A DNA stretch of 37,721 nt. It comes from a virus. Taxonomy: Duplodnaviria; Heunggongvirae; Uroviricota; Caudoviricetes. How positions within the stretch are numbered: the stretch's first letter is position 1; each line of letters opens with the position of its first letter. The translations under genes and the position numbers were made by a program. Positions 17,867 to 28,613 of the stretch are shown here, in pieces. A model generated the notes under the pieces. The model was not told the origin of the DNA. It saw nothing but the letters and a program-made list of their open reading frames with translations, and searched no databases. Location of the stretch: IMG/VR virus record IMGVR_UViG_2778261460_000005, positions 1-37,721 of that record; one strand, 5' to 3'.

Positions 17867-18115
17867 TTATCCGCGCGCTTCGCGACCAGGCTCATCTTCA
17901 TTAACGCGATAACGCCAATATCGCTCAGGCTTAACCCAAACCACTTTATCACCGCTTACTTTGCGGAATTGGGTAATGACAGGTGTAGATAAAACAAGAT
18001 TACCATCAGCATTTTCTTTCAGAAACTGCTCATTATCGAGTTTGACTAAATAATCAACTACGTCTTCCTGATACAGGCAACCGTCATATTCTAACTGAGC
18101 CATCATCCACTTCAT
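17867..18115 (-). CDS. hypothetical 82-aa protein (second gene of the antisense cassette)
   Basis: MKWMMAQLEYDGCLYQEDVVDYLVKLDNEQFLKENADGNLVLSTPVITQFRKVSGDKVVWVKPERYWRYRVNEDEPGREARG. The 121-aa track version overlaps the conserved C-terminus of the upstream gene, so I prefer the internal start. No family recognised. Confidence 0.5.
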   Translation of the reverse strand: MKWMMAQLEYDGCLYQEDVVDYLVKLDNEQFLKENADGNLVLSTPVITQFRKVSGDKVVWVKPERYWRYRVNEDEPGREARG

Positions 18116-18150
18116 CACGTCTGTAAGAGACAACTTGAGTGCGTTTGGGT

Positions 18151-18360
18151 TTACGGCTTTGGGTTGGTAGCAGTCAGTGATTCTTCTGGAAATCTGGCTC
18201 TTTCTTGCTTTCTTCCTGAAAACCACTGACACCAGTAATCACCAACAAAAACATCAAAGCTGTTTATGATTGGCTCCTGAATAGCCATCGCCGGGCCGCC
18301 TGAAACCAAATAAACAATGTCGCCGATTTTAAATTTAGGGGTACGTGGATTTTTTGACAT
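18151..18360 (-). CDS. DUF2158 (YodC)-like small protein
   Basis: 69 aa. KIGDIVYLVSGGPAMAI ... YWCQWFSG fits the GD-V-L-SGGP-M and C-W-F pattern I associate with DUF2158. A good SD (AAGGAAG) lies 6 nt upstream. Confidence 0.6.
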   Translation of the reverse strand: MSKNPRTPKFKIGDIVYLVSGGPAMAIQEPIINSFDVFVGDYWCQWFSGRKQERARFPEESLTATNPKP

Positions 18361-18387
18361 AAAGCTTCCTTTTTAAGAGAGAGATAC

Positions 18388-18939
18388 ATGGCACTCACCG
18401 ACAAACAAGAAATGTTCTGTCGCGAGTACCTCATCGATTTAAACGCCACGCAAGCGGCTATTCGGGCGGGGTACAGCGCTAAGACAGCTAACCGTACCGC
18501 ATCCGAAAACCTGTCAAAACCTGACATCAAGTTAAGAATCGCCGAACTGAAAGCGCAACGCAATGATCTTGTTGGTATTAATGCAGAATATGTGCTTAAT
18601 CGCCTTATTGAAATCGACCAGATGGATGTGCTTGACATTCTCCTGCAAAACGGTGAGCTAAAACCCATTAAAGACTGGCCTAAGGTATGGCGCACAACGC
18701 TATCAGGAATGGATGTCATGGAGATGGTATCCGCAGATAGCGCCGCACTTCTGAAGAAAATCAAATGGCCTGATAAGGTTAAAAACCTTGAGTTGCTTGG
18801 GCGTCATGTTTCTGTTCAGGCGTTTAAAGACAACGTCAAAAATGAAGTGACTGGCGCTGATGGAGGACCAGTCAGAACAGAAATTACCAACTTAACGCCG
18901 GAGCAGGCTGCAGAGGCGTATAGAAAAATGATGGGCTAA
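18388..18939 (+). CDS. terminase small subunit (Terminase_2 / P27 family)
   Basis: 183 aa. [47 protein letters not shown] is the characteristic N-terminal HTH of this family. It lies directly upstream of the large subunit. Confidence 0.9.
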   Translation: MALTDKQEMFCREYLIDLNATQAAIRAGYSAKTANRTASENLSKPDIKLRIAELKAQRNDLVGINAEYVLNRLIEIDQMDVLDILLQNGELKPIKDWPKVWRTTLSGMDVMEMVSADSAALLKKIKWPDKVKNLELLGRHVSVQAFKDNVKNEVTGADGGPVRTEITNLTPEQAAEAYRKMMG

Positions 18940-18941
18940 GT

Positions 18942-20564
18942 ATGCCGTTACCATTCCCCTTCGATTTTAAAAATCCTGATTACCAGATGGTTTTTGAATG
19001 GCGGATGGAACGCTTACAGCGCATTCGCCAGAACCCTGAAATATTGCCAGCACTAAAACAGTTTTACCGAACCAACCCGGCTCAGTTCATCATCGACTGG
19101 GGCATGACAACGGACCCGCGTAATATTGATTATGGCCTGCCGGTGACCATTCCGTTTTTACTCTTCCCTAAGCAGGAGGAGTGGATCCACTGGATTATGG
19201 AACGCTGGGGCAATAGGGAGAATGGTATTACCGAAAAATCCCGTGAAATGGGGCTCAGTTGGACCGCGATCGGACTGGCCTGCTCGCTTTGTCTCTTCAA
19301 CAAAGAAATGGTTATCGGTTTCGGCTCCCGTAAAGAGGAATACGTCGACAGCACCGGTGACCCGAAAGCATTGTTCTGGAAGGCGCGCAAGTTCGTGGAA
19401 ACACTACCTGTAGAGTTTCGCGGTTCGTGGAGCGAGAAGAAGCACGCGCCATATATGCGTGTTGAGTTTCCTGAAACTGGTGCCGTTATCAAAGGCGAGG
19501 CTGGCGATAATATTGGTCGTGGTGACCGTACCACGCTTTATCTGGTTGATGAGGCTGCATTCCTTCAGCGTCCTCTGCTGATTGATGCGGCGTTGTCACA
19601 AACGACGCGTTGCCGTATCGACCTGAGTTCAGTTAACGGCATGGCTAACCCGTTCGCTCAGAAGCGTCATGGTGGGAAGATACCGGTATTCACATTCCAC
19701 TGGCGGGATGATCCTCGCAAGGATGAAGAGTGGTATCGCAGGGAATGCGAGAAAATCGATAATCCGGTGGTGGTGGCACAGGAACTTGATCTGAACTACA
19801 GCGCATCAGCGGAAGGCGTCCTGATTCCATCCGAATGGGTACAGGCTGCCGTTGATGCGCATATCAGACTGGGTATCCAGCCAACAGGCAAACGACTTGG
19901 CGCGATGGATGTCGCTGATGAAGGCAGGGACAAAAATGCCTTTTCCACCCGTCATGGCTTCCTCCTGGAAAATGTGCGGGAATGGTCCGGTGTGGGCAGC
20001 GACATTTATCAGTCCGTCGAGAAGGTTTTCGGCTTTTGCGAACAGGACAACCTCGAAGAGTTTCGCTTTGACGAGGACGGGCTGGGCGCTGGCGTTCGCG
20101 GCGATGCACGCGCTATCAACGAACTGCGTAACGCTGCGCGTCGACCGTCAATACTTGCCACACCGTTTCGAGGTAGTGGCGCGGTATTTGATCCGGATGA
20201 TGAAGCTGTTCGCGGGGACAACGGGCAAGCCGCACGTCTGAACAAGGACTTCTTCGCTAACGCCAAAGCCCAGAGCTGGTGGCGGTTACGTAAACTTTTT
20301 CAGAATACCTGGCGCGCCGTGGTTGAAGGTATGGCTTACAACCCGGACGAAATCATCTCAATCAGCAGTAGCATGGCACTCAAAGATAAACTCATCATCG
20401 AGCTTTCGCAGCCGACCTATTCCATTAATGGTGTGGGAAAAATAGTTATTGATAAACAGCCTGATGGAACCCGATCGCCAAACCTTGCCGACTCGGTGAT
20501 GATCAACTATGCCCCAATGAATTCAGCCCTGAACATCTGGGAGCTGCTAGGGAGACAGGCCTGA
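18942..20564 (+). CDS. terminase large subunit
   Basis: 540 aa, positioned between terS and the portal gene. It has a Walker-B-like [10 protein letters not shown] and a C-terminal nuclease-sized domain. Confidence 0.85.
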   Translation: MPLPFPFDFKNPDYQMVFEWRMERLQRIRQNPEILPALKQFYRTNPAQFIIDWGMTTDPRNIDYGLPVTIPFLLFPKQEEWIHWIMERWGNRENGITEKSREMGLSWTAIGLACSLCLFNKEMVIGFGSRKEEYVDSTGDPKALFWKARKFVETLPVEFRGSWSEKKHAPYMRVEFPETGAVIKGEAGDNIGRGDRTTLYLVDEAAFLQRPLLIDAALSQTTRCRIDLSSVNGMANPFAQKRHGGKIPVFTFHWRDDPRKDEEWYRRECEKIDNPVVVAQELDLNYSASAEGVLIPSEWVQAAVDAHIRLGIQPTGKRLGAMDVADEGRDKNAFSTRHGFLLENVREWSGVGSDIYQSVEKVFGFCEQDNLEEFRFDEDGLGAGVRGDARAINELRNAARRPSILATPFRGSGAVFDPDDEAVRGDNGQAARLNKDFFANAKAQSWWRLRKLFQNTWRAVVEGMAYNPDEIISISSSMALKDKLIIELSQPTYSINGVGKIVIDKQPDGTRSPNLADSVMINYAPMNSALNIWELLGRQA

Positions 20565-22030
20565 TGGCACGAAACAAACAAGCCCTGCGGCGAACTGCGC
20601 AGGCCACAGCTGATGGTTATGAGAATTTTATTGCCCGCGTAGGGATGCAGACAACTAACCAGCACTCAGCATCCACCTACCGGGCTAATTTCACCAGTCG
20701 TAACCGCATGCTGGTGGAATGGTCCTATCGTTCGTCCTGGATCATCGGCGAAGCGGTCGATGCTATCCCGGATGATATGACCCGCAAAGGCATTCGCATC
20801 ACTTCGGAAATTGATGCAAAAGATCGCGGCATTCTCGAATCACAACTGGATGAGTTGCAAATCTGGGATGCGCTGAATGACGTGCTGAAATGGTCGCGCC
20901 TCTACGGCGGCGCGGTGGGTTTCATCATGATTGAGGGGCAGGCACCAATGACCCCGCTGCGACCCGAAACCATCGGTAAGGGCAAGTTTAAGGGGATTCT
21001 CCCGCTCGACCGCTGGATGATTGACCCGGTACTGACCCGCCGCATTAAAGATATGGGGCCGGACCTGGGTAAACCTGAGTTTTACGATGTGGTGACCACA
21101 GCAACGGGAATTCCTGCCTGGCGCATTCATCACAGTCGACTGATTCGCTTTGATGGCGTCACGCTGCCATTTCAGCAGAAGATGACCGAGAACGAATGGG
21201 GAATGTCGGTTGTAGAGCGTATCTGGGATCGTCTTACCGCGTTCGACAGCGCTACTGTCGGCGCGGCGCAGCTGGTCTACAAAGCGCATTTGCGTACCTA
21301 CAGCGTGGAGAAGCTACGCGAGCTTATCGCACTTGGTGGTCCTGCGTATGAAGCGTTGCTGAAGAATATTGACCTGATTCGACAGTTCCAGAGCAATGAA
21401 GGCATGACTCTCATGGACTCGCGGGATAAGTTTGAAACCCATCAGTACAGCTTCAGTGGTCTGGATGACATCCTTTCACAGTTTGCAGAACAGATTAGTG
21501 GCGCTGTTGGTATCCCACTGGTGCGGTTGTTCGGACAGTCCCCGAAGGGATTTTCTACCGGCGATGCAGACCTTGCCAACTATTACGACCGGGTAAGCTC
21601 GTTGCAGGAGAGGCGTTTACGTCTTCCGGTGCGGCGGATACTGGACATCATGCATCGTTCGGAGCTTGGCAAGCCGCTGCCGGACGATTTCACGTTTGAG
21701 TTTAACCCGCTCTGGCAAATGTCTGATGTCGATCGCTCAACGGTGGCGTTAAACACTACCAACGCAATCAGTACAGCGCTGGGTGATGGTCTGATGACAC
21801 TGAAAGCCGCTATGACTGATTTGCGAGAAAATTCTGACGTAACCGGCATCGGGGCATCCATTACCGACGAGGACATCGAGAATGCCGAAGATGAAGCGCC
21901 GCCCGGCATCGGCGAACCTGATGACGAACCGCAGGAACCGTCAGGCGGAAATCCGGTATCGAACCAGCCTACGCAGGATAGCGCGGGCGGTAGGGGACAT
22001 CGTAAATGGTCACTACGATGGTTCAAATGA
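20564..22030 (+). CDS. portal protein (DUF1073-type)
   Basis: 488 aa. Its start overlaps the terL stop (ATGA). Size and position fit a portal, and the C-terminus is acidic. The family name is from memory. Confidence 0.8.
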   Translation: MARNKQALRRTAQATADGYENFIARVGMQTTNQHSASTYRANFTSRNRMLVEWSYRSSWIIGEAVDAIPDDMTRKGIRITSEIDAKDRGILESQLDELQIWDALNDVLKWSRLYGGAVGFIMIEGQAPMTPLRPETIGKGKFKGILPLDRWMIDPVLTRRIKDMGPDLGKPEFYDVVTTATGIPAWRIHHSRLIRFDGVTLPFQQKMTENEWGMSVVERIWDRLTAFDSATVGAAQLVYKAHLRTYSVEKLRELIALGGPAYEALLKNIDLIRQFQSNEGMTLMDSRDKFETHQYSFSGLDDILSQFAEQISGAVGIPLVRLFGQSPKGFSTGDADLANYYDRVSSLQERRLRLPVRRILDIMHRSELGKPLPDDFTFEFNPLWQMSDVDRSTVALNTTNAISTALGDGLMTLKAAMTDLRENSDVTGIGASITDEDIENAEDEAPPGIGEPDDEPQEPSGGNPVSNQPTQDSAGGRGHRKWSLRWFK

Positions 22031-22655
22031 CAGTATCACGGAAATTATTGAGGCGCTGGAACGCTACAGTGAAATCATCACCCCCTGGGCGACAAAGGTC
22101 GCGGAAAACTTTACCGCCGATATTGTGCGCAAGAATGATGAGCAGTGGCGTAAACACAGCAAAACCATCAGCCGTGAGCTACGCAATCTGGTAAACAGTG
22201 CCCCGCCAGGGCAGGTGATGAAATCCATCGTTGCTGAACAGGTTAAGTACATTAAATCGCTACCCCTCGAGGCGGCTGACAGGGTGTACGACATCCAGAA
22301 TCGGGCGATTGAAGCTGTTGTGACCGGTGGGAGAGCGGAACATTTTGCTAAAGAAATAGCCGCATCGGGTGATATAGCAAAGTCCAGAGCTGACCTGATT
22401 GCCCGTACTGAACTTGGACGTGCAACCGGCGCGCTGGATCAGGCGCGTGCGCTGGCAATTGGTTCGAATGGTTATATCTGGCGTACAGCCGAAGATGGTG
22501 ACGTCAGGCATTCTCATCGGGAAATGGAAGGTAAATTTGTCGAATGGGGCAAACCTCCAACGCTTGATGGCATGACCGGTCACGCTGGCGAGCTCCCGAA
22601 TTGTCGCTGTTATAAAGAAATCGTTTTTCCCACCTCCCATTCTTATCCCGCCTGA
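21882..22655 (+). CDS. head morphogenesis protein (Mu F / SPP1 gp7 family)
   Basis: The C-terminal motif RTAEDGDVRHSHREMEGKFVEWGKPP...GELPNCRCY is typical of the family. The start is uncertain: ATGs at 21882, 21891 and 21921 all overlap the portal 3' end. Confidence 0.8.
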   Translation: MPKMKRRPASANLMTNRRNRQAEIRYRTSLRRIARAVGDIVNGHYDGSNDSITEIIEALERYSEIITPWATKVAENFTADIVRKNDEQWRKHSKTISRELRNLVNSAPPGQVMKSIVAEQVKYIKSLPLEAADRVYDIQNRAIEAVVTGGRAEHFAKEIAASGDIAKSRADLIARTELGRATGALDQARALAIGSNGYIWRTAEDGDVRHSHREMEGKFVEWGKPPTLDGMTGHAGELPNCRCYKEIVFPTSHSYPA

Positions 22656-22669
22656 ATCGCAGGTAACAC

Positions 22670-23890
22670 ATGAAATATTTTTTCAATACCCGGCTGGGGG
22701 AAACCCGCTATCAGCTGGCTGACGGCTCGTTGCTGTGCAAAGACGTGCCGATAGGACGAACAGGTAAGCAGCTCTATGGTGCTGATGACCTGCCAAAACT
22801 GAAACCCGATAAGTTCGGTGAAATAGTCGTCACGCGTTCTCCTGAGCAGGTATTCCATCCCGCCACGCTTGCCTCATTCGAAGGAATGAGTATCACGGTG
22901 TTGCATCCCGAGGATGAAAACGGGGATGTGCGGCTGGTGAATCCAGAGAACTGGAAAGAGCTCGCGGTCGGGCATCTTCAGAATGTCCGGCGCGGGACGG
23001 GTGTGCAGTCTGATTTGATGCTGGCTGACCTTATCGTCAAAGACGAAAACGCCATTCAGCTGATCGAAGATGGCCTGCGCGAAGTGTCGTGTGGCTATGA
23101 CGCGGAATATAAGCAGACTGAGCCGGGTAAGGCTGAGCAGGTTGATATTACCGGAAACCATGTGGCTCTTGTCCCTAAAGGCAGAGCCGGAAATCGTTGT
23201 GCAATTGGAGACAGAGACACAATGGCAAATCAAAAGAAAAGCTGGTGGACCCGCATGCGCACGGCCATCAAAACGGGTGACGCTGACACCATGAACGAAC
23301 TGGTGGAGTCGGCTCCCGCATCGGTTACAGGAGATGAGGGGGATTTGCCGCAGGGCGTTAATCTCAACATCAACCTGTCCCCGCAGCAACCGCTACCGGA
23401 CAAAGCACCAGAGATGGGCGGAGGTCCAACGGGCGACAGTGATGATGACCTCAAAACATTACTGAAAGCCCTGCTGGCTAAGCTGGAAGGAAATGCGACG
23501 GGCGATAACGACAATAAGCCTGACGATAATCCGACCGGTGACGGCGAGGACGATGAAGAGGAAACCACGATTACTGGTGACTCAGCCTGGCGTGCCGAAG
23601 TTATCGTTCCGGGTATTGATCTGAGCCGTAAGATGAAACCGACCGCGTTCAAACGTGAGGTTCTGGCTTCTGCTGACAAAACGCTGGTTCGCCAGATAGT
23701 CGGTGATGCGGATATCCGCAAATTGCCGAAACAATCAGTCGACATGGCGTTTAATGCCGTGTCTGAGATTGCCAAAGGGCGAAACACCCGCGCCACCACC
23801 GGCGATGCACAGCGCCCAAATATGGGCATGACCAGTATCGCTTCCCTGAACAAACAAAACGCTGAATTCTGGGCAAACCGTAAAGGGTAA
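22670..23890 (+). CDS. putative scaffold / prohead protease (DUF2213-like)
   Basis: 406 aa between the Mu F-like and capsid genes. It has an acidic, low-complexity middle (GDSDDD, GDGEDDEEE). The family assignment is from memory. Confidence 0.6.
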   Translation: MKYFFNTRLGETRYQLADGSLLCKDVPIGRTGKQLYGADDLPKLKPDKFGEIVVTRSPEQVFHPATLASFEGMSITVLHPEDENGDVRLVNPENWKELAVGHLQNVRRGTGVQSDLMLADLIVKDENAIQLIEDGLREVSCGYDAEYKQTEPGKAEQVDITGNHVALVPKGRAGNRCAIGDRDTMANQKKSWWTRMRTAIKTGDADTMNELVESAPASVTGDEGDLPQGVNLNINLSPQQPLPDKAPEMGGGPTGDSDDDLKTLLKALLAKLEGNATGDNDNKPDDNPTGDGEDDEEETTITGDSAWRAEVIVPGIDLSRKMKPTAFKREVLASADKTLVRQIVGDADIRKLPKQSVDMAFNAVSEIAKGRNTRATTGDAQRPNMGMTSIASLNKQNAEFWANRKG

Positions 23891-23893
23891 AAA

Positions 23894-24400
23894 ATGAATA
23901 ATGTATTTCTGTACCGGATGCCTGTTGGCATTGCCGGGGCTGTCTCTCGCCCGCAGGACTTAACCGTCGAACCGGTGGTCCTTAAATCCGATAACGCCTT
24001 TGCTGCCTATGGGCTGGCTGGTAAATACGATGATGACGGTTTTTTCGTGCCGCTGGCAGATGGTGATACCGCAGACAAGGTGAAGGGGATCTATGTGCGC
24101 CCTTATCCGACCACTTCGCAGCCGGACATGGTTCGCCAGGTGGGGAGTGGCAAGAACTTCCCGGGCGACGCAATGAAGCGTGGCTACGTGACCGTTAATC
24201 TCGGTTCTGATTTTGATGCCAGCACCATCAAAAAAGGCGACCCGGTATACGTTGTCGTCTCCACTGATGAATCCATCAAAGTGCCGCTGGGTGGATTCAT
24301 GGCCACGTCAGTCAGTGGCAAAAACGTGGTGCTGACCAACGCTGAATTCACAGGTGCCGGTGATGCTGACGGCAATGCAGAAATTTCCTGGAAGATTTAA
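23894..24400 (+). CDS. putative head decoration / cement protein
   Basis: 168 aa immediately upstream of the major capsid gene. Assigned by position only. Confidence 0.45.
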   Translation: MNNVFLYRMPVGIAGAVSRPQDLTVEPVVLKSDNAFAAYGLAGKYDDDGFFVPLADGDTADKVKGIYVRPYPTTSQPDMVRQVGSGKNFPGDAMKRGYVTVNLGSDFDASTIKKGDPVYVVVSTDESIKVPLGGFMATSVSGKNVVLTNAEFTGAGDADGNAEISWKI

Positions 24401-24411
24401 GGAACAGACGA

Positions 24412-25353
24412 ATGATTACTTTTGATCAGGCAACCGTTGACAGCTCTGGTGCCTTTCTCATCGGGGAGCTGGAGCGACTCGACCAGACGCTGAACCTGCC
24501 ACTGGTGGGGTACACCTGGACCCGCGATATCCAACTGCGTGAAGATGTCTCCATCGCAGATGACATTTCCAGCTGGACGAATACCAGCTTCGCTGCTGCG
24601 GGTACTGGTGCAAATCCGAATGGCAAAAACTGGGTAGGCAAAGACTCAACCGCTATTGCTGGCGTAAACGTGGATATCGGCAAATCCGGTAACCCGCTGA
24701 ACCTGTGGGGGATGGAACTTGGCTGGACGGTCATAGAATTGCAGGCTGCTCAGCAGGTCGGACGCCCGATCGATACGCAGAAGTATGACGGGATGCAACT
24801 GAAATGGCAGATGGATAACGATGAACAGGTGTATGTTGGCGATTCCGCATTAAACCTGAAAGGTCTTGTTACCCTGGACGGTGTGCCTGTCAACAACGCT
24901 GCCAAAACGTGGGCAACCTCAACACCGGACGAAATCCGCGCAAGCATTAACCAGGTGCTGTCTGATGCGTGGGCCGCTTCCGGTTACTCTGTGGTTCCGC
25001 GTGATTTGCTGATCCCGCCTGAGCAGTTTGCTCTGTTGTCCAGCATCATCGTTTCATCTGCGGGTAACCAGTCCCTGTTGACGTACCTTCAGACCAACAC
25101 CATCAGCTATCACCAGAACGGTATTCCGCTGAATATCCGCGCGGTTAAATGGCTGAAAGGCCGTGGTGTGGGGAATAAGGATCGCATGGTTGCGTACACC
25201 AACGATAAAAAATACGTCCGCTACCCGCTGGTTCCGCTTCAGAGCGTGCCGGTGCAGTATCGCGGTCTGTATCAGATCGTCACTTACTACGGCAAGCTGG
25301 GTGCAGTCGAGCCAGTGTACAAAGAAACCATTTCGTACGTTGATGGCATTTAA
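24412..25353 (+). CDS. major capsid protein (DUF2184-type)
   Basis: 313 aa. Position and size fit the head module. The family name is from memory. Confidence 0.7.
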   Translation: MITFDQATVDSSGAFLIGELERLDQTLNLPLVGYTWTRDIQLREDVSIADDISSWTNTSFAAAGTGANPNGKNWVGKDSTAIAGVNVDIGKSGNPLNLWGMELGWTVIELQAAQQVGRPIDTQKYDGMQLKWQMDNDEQVYVGDSALNLKGLVTLDGVPVNNAAKTWATSTPDEIRASINQVLSDAWAASGYSVVPRDLLIPPEQFALLSSIIVSSAGNQSLLTYLQTNTISYHQNGIPLNIRAVKWLKGRGVGNKDRMVAYTNDKKYVRYPLVPLQSVPVQYRGLYQIVTYYGKLGAVEPVYKETISYVDGI

Positions 25354-25394
25354 CAGCCACATGGCCCCCTGGCGGGGCCATTAAGGATGACCCG

Positions 25395-25616
25395 ATGGCA
25401 AAAAATAATGCAGTAATACACGTACATACCCCGTTTGTGCTCACGCTTCCCGACGGTTCACGGCGCGAGTTTGTTAAAGGCCGTCATGCTGTGGAGGAAG
25501 ACGTTGCCACGCACTGGTTCACTCGTGCGCACGCGGAAGTATCCGTTGGCAAAGCCACAGACGCGCGTAACGAGGTAAAAAATGCCAAAGAATCAAAGTC
25601 TGCCAGCGGTAAGTGA
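25395..25616 (+). CDS. hypothetical head-module protein
   Basis: 73-aa ORF in the operon orientation. Confidence 0.5.
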   Translation: MAKNNAVIHVHTPFVLTLPDGSRREFVKGRHAVEEDVATHWFTRAHAEVSVGKATDARNEVKNAKESKSASGK

Positions 25617-25989
25617 TTTTCGCCGCGACTTCCCGCAGTTTGCTGACCCTGCCAAATATCCCGAAGCGCAAATCCAGTTTCGTCTGAATCTGGCCGATGA
25701 ACTGCTGAGCGAAAACGTCACCGGCAAAAAGTTGTTTCCGTACTTTGCCGGGTTGTTCGTTGCGCACTACATGACGCTCTGGGCGGCAGACAGCCGGGCG
25801 ATGCTGGCTGGTGGTTCGGGCGGTTCAACCAATGGTGTTCAGTCCTCAAAGTCCGTGGATAAGGTAAGCGTCAGTTATGACACCAGCGCGACGCTGAATC
25901 CTGATGCAGGTTTCTGGAATAACACCCGATATGGCGCTGAATTTTATCAGTTGATCACGATGTTCGGTGCAGGCGGTCGCCAGCTATGA
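25582..25989 (+). CDS. head-tail connector protein (DUF4054-like)
   Basis: 135 aa. The N-terminus, [32 protein letters not shown], fits the DUF4054 pattern as I recall it. Confidence 0.6.
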   Translation: MPKNQSLPAVSDFRRDFPQFADPAKYPEAQIQFRLNLADELLSENVTGKKLFPYFAGLFVAHYMTLWAADSRAMLAGGSGGSTNGVQSSKSVDKVSVSYDTSATLNPDAGFWNNTRYGAEFYQLITMFGAGGRQL

Positions 25990-26540
25990 GTTTCAAAAGC
26001 GGTGTAACAACGAGGGTGGATAACGCTAAGGCCATTCTGGATGCGCTCAGGTCGTTAACCAAAAAAGATGTGCTGGTCGGCATCCCTTCGGAAGACAGCG
26101 AGCGGGATGATGTTCCGTTTGGTAATGCGGGCATCGGTTACCTCAACGAATACGGCTCACCAGAGCAGAACATCCCGCCACGACCTCACCTGGCCCCCGG
26201 CGTTAAATCGGCAGAAGAGCAGACGGTGCCGCAGCTCAAAGCCGCGGCGCAGGCTGCACTGGATGGTAATGCTGCGGGAGCAGAAGGCGCACTCAACCGT
26301 GCCGGAACGCTGGCCGTTAATGGTGTCAGGCGTTACATGACCATTACCGGCTTTACGCCGCTTGCTGACAGTACTGTTGAAGCCCGGGCTCGTCGGGGGC
26401 GCAAGGGGGCAACACTGGAACTTGCCCGGCGTGCTGCTGGCGAATCTCCCGGAACCGATCTGGCGAAACCATTAATTGACACCGGGCAATATCGCAGAGC
26501 TATTACCCATGTAGTGAGGGATAAAGATGCCGACTCTTGA
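25986..26540 (+). CDS. putative head-closure / neck protein
   Basis: 184 aa with overlapping start and stop codons in the operon. Assigned by position. Confidence 0.5.
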   Translation: MSFKSGVTTRVDNAKAILDALRSLTKKDVLVGIPSEDSERDDVPFGNAGIGYLNEYGSPEQNIPPRPHLAPGVKSAEEQTVPQLKAAAQAALDGNAAGAEGALNRAGTLAVNGVRRYMTITGFTPLADSTVEARARRGRKGATLELARRAAGESPGTDLAKPLIDTGQYRRAITHVVRDKDADS

Positions 26541-26916
26541 TGTAACAGATGTGCTTTTTGACCCCGATTTTTGCGACTTCAATTTGTGGGTAACACGCCG
26601 AGTGCAAACGGTGGATGAGGACGGGATCGGCAGCGACAGCGAAGTTAAAAAGCAGTTTGCCGGAGTCGTAACTGTTGATCGCTCTCTGGAAAACCGCCGT
26701 ATGCAGGCAGGGCAGGTAATCAGCGGTGCAATTCTGATTGTGACGACTGAGCGACTGACGCAGGGACAGACTGGCCGTGATGCCGATATCGTGACGTATC
26801 AGGGCCGTGATTATCGTGTGACCTTCGTCGACCCGTATACAGCTTATGGTGCCGGATTCGTTCAGGCGCATTGTGAGTTGCTGCCGTTTGATGGGGGAAT
26901 TCCGGTTGAGCAATAA
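26527..26916 (+). CDS. putative neck / tail-completion protein
   Basis: 129 aa, assigned by position. Confidence 0.5.
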   Translation: MPTLDVTDVLFDPDFCDFNLWVTRRVQTVDEDGIGSDSEVKKQFAGVVTVDRSLENRRMQAGQVISGAILIVTTERLTQGQTGRDADIVTYQGRDYRVTFVDPYTAYGAGFVQAHCELLPFDGGIPVEQ

Positions 26917-27454
26917 CACCAGTACAGAGCGCGGATGGCTGATACCAACCAGTGGCGATCCGGATTATGACGAAGCGCTCGACAGGCTGTTAAGCCAGTG
27001 GATGCGTAACGTTTCCGGTCTGTCTGCCGGGATGGTTCGCCCGCGCTGGCAGAAAGAGCAGCCGCCACTGCTACCGGCTGAAACGAACTGGTGTGCGTTT
27101 GGGGTTATCGGATGGTCAGGTGATGACAGTCCGGCATTCACCAGACAGACCGATGATGGCTCTAAGCTCTGGCGGCATGAAACGATTGAGTGTATGGCTT
27201 CGTTTTATGGTCCGGCGGGGATGGTGTATGCGTCCCGGTTTCGTGACGGTATATCTGTACCGCAGAACAATGCAGCACTGAATGCGCTGGGGCTGTCTCT
27301 TGGCGATTACACAGGTCTGACCCCCTTCCCTGAACTTATTAATCAGCAATGGGTCCGCCGCTACGATATGACGGTGCGCCTGCGCCGGAAGGTTGTGCGC
27401 GAGTACGGTATTAAATCGCTGGTGGAAGCACCAGTCATCTTTTTCGGAGATTAA
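26891..27454 (+). CDS. putative tail-completion protein
   Basis: About 187 aa. The start is ambiguous: ATG at 26846 or 26891, or TTG at 26906 just before the stop of the preceding gene. Confidence 0.5.
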   Translation: MGEFRLSNNTSTERGWLIPTSGDPDYDEALDRLLSQWMRNVSGLSAGMVRPRWQKEQPPLLPAETNWCAFGVIGWSGDDSPAFTRQTDDGSKLWRHETIECMASFYGPAGMVYASRFRDGISVPQNNAALNALGLSLGDYTGLTPFPELINQQWVRRYDMTVRLRRKVVREYGIKSLVEAPVIFFGD

Positions 27455-27457
27455 GCT

Positions 27458-28603
27458 ATGGCACAGGGCTTGCCTGTATCAAACGTTGTTAATGTTGATG
27501 TGATCATGTCGCCGCGTGCAGCATCAGGGCGAAATTTTGGTGCATTACTCATTCTCGGCCCGTCCACAATCATTCCGGTAAGTGAGCGCATTCGCCGTTA
27601 TTCTGCCGCGGAAGATATTGGAAAAGATTTTGGCGTGGAATCACCAGAATATAAGGCTGCGCAGGTGTTTTTCTCACAATCACCGAAACCTCAGGAGGTT
27701 TTTGTTGGTCGTTGGGTGAAAACGAAGGGTGACAGCGAACAGGCCACGCCTGAGACGCTGGAGCAGGCTGTGAATGCCATGCTCGATTATACTTCATGGT
27801 ATGGGCTGGGGATTGCAGACGATGAAGATATTCCGGATGCAGACTGGCTGAAAGTGGCTGCGGCGATCGAATCCTCTTCTGTAAGCCGTATTCTGGCGAT
27901 TACGACAAGCGATGATAAATGCCTGCAGACTGCATCCAGCGATGATTTGGCATCAAAACTGAAAACCGCCGGATATTCACGCAGTTTTATTCAGTATTCA
28001 TCGGGTAATAAATACGCTGCGTTATCTGCATTTGGCCGGGTATTCACGGTTAATTTCAATGGCAGTAATACCGCGATTACGCTCAAGTTTAAGCAGGAGC
28101 CGGGTGTCGGGTATGAAACACTGACAGTCAGCCAGGCATCGGCACTTGATGCAAAAAACTGCAATGTATTCGTGTACTACCAGAATGATACGGCTATCCT
28201 CCAGCAGGGAGTGATGGCTAACGGCGATTTCTTTGATGAACGCCACGGCCTGGACTGGTTACAGAATTATGTGCAGACCAACCTCTATAACCTGCTTTAT
28301 ACCAGCACCACGAAAGTTCCCCAGACTGAAGCCGGTATTACCCGACTGTTATCAAATGTTGAAAAATCACTGGATCAGGCCGTTCAGAATGGACTGATTG
28401 CTCCGGGCGTATGGAACGGGGGCGACCTTGGTCAGTTGTCATCAGGTGACACACTGCCCAAAGGTTATTACGTATACGCCCAGCCGCTGGATGAACAGGC
28501 ACAATCAGAACGTGAAGCCCGTAAGGCTCCGGTGATTCAGGCTGCAATAAAACTTGCAGGCGCGGTTCATTACGCTGACGTACAGATTAACGTTGTTCGC
28601 TAA
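27458..28603 (+). CDS. putative tail sheath protein (DUF3383-like)
   Basis: 381 aa, followed by a 146-aa tube-sized protein, a chaperone and the tape measure. This order is typical of contractile tails. Confidence 0.6.
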   Translation: MAQGLPVSNVVNVDVIMSPRAASGRNFGALLILGPSTIIPVSERIRRYSAAEDIGKDFGVESPEYKAAQVFFSQSPKPQEVFVGRWVKTKGDSEQATPETLEQAVNAMLDYTSWYGLGIADDEDIPDADWLKVAAAIESSSVSRILAITTSDDKCLQTASSDDLASKLKTAGYSRSFIQYSSGNKYAALSAFGRVFTVNFNGSNTAITLKFKQEPGVGYETLTVSQASALDAKNCNVFVYYQNDTAILQQGVMANGDFFDERHGLDWLQNYVQTNLYNLLYTSTTKVPQTEAGITRLLSNVEKSLDQAVQNGLIAPGVWNGGDLGQLSSGDTLPKGYYVYAQPLDEQAQSEREARKAPVIQAAIKLAGAVHYADVQINVVR

Positions 28604-28613
28604 GGGGAAGTGA

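Noticed and set aside
21882-22030. A 149-nt overlap between the portal 3' end and the Mu F-like gene, considered as a possible frameshift or fusion signal.
   Set aside because: It is most simply explained by an uncertain start codon for the Mu F-like gene and an acidic, poorly constrained portal tail. I found no slippery sequence.
23230-23931. A 233-aa minus-strand ORF covering most of the scaffold-like gene, along with similar long antisense ORFs at 22874-23389, 30134-30637, 32997-33620 and 36945-37628.
   Set aside because: These GC-rich late genes generate long stop-free antisense frames. The antisense products are Ser/Arg/Pro-rich and break the tightly coupled plus-strand operon structure.
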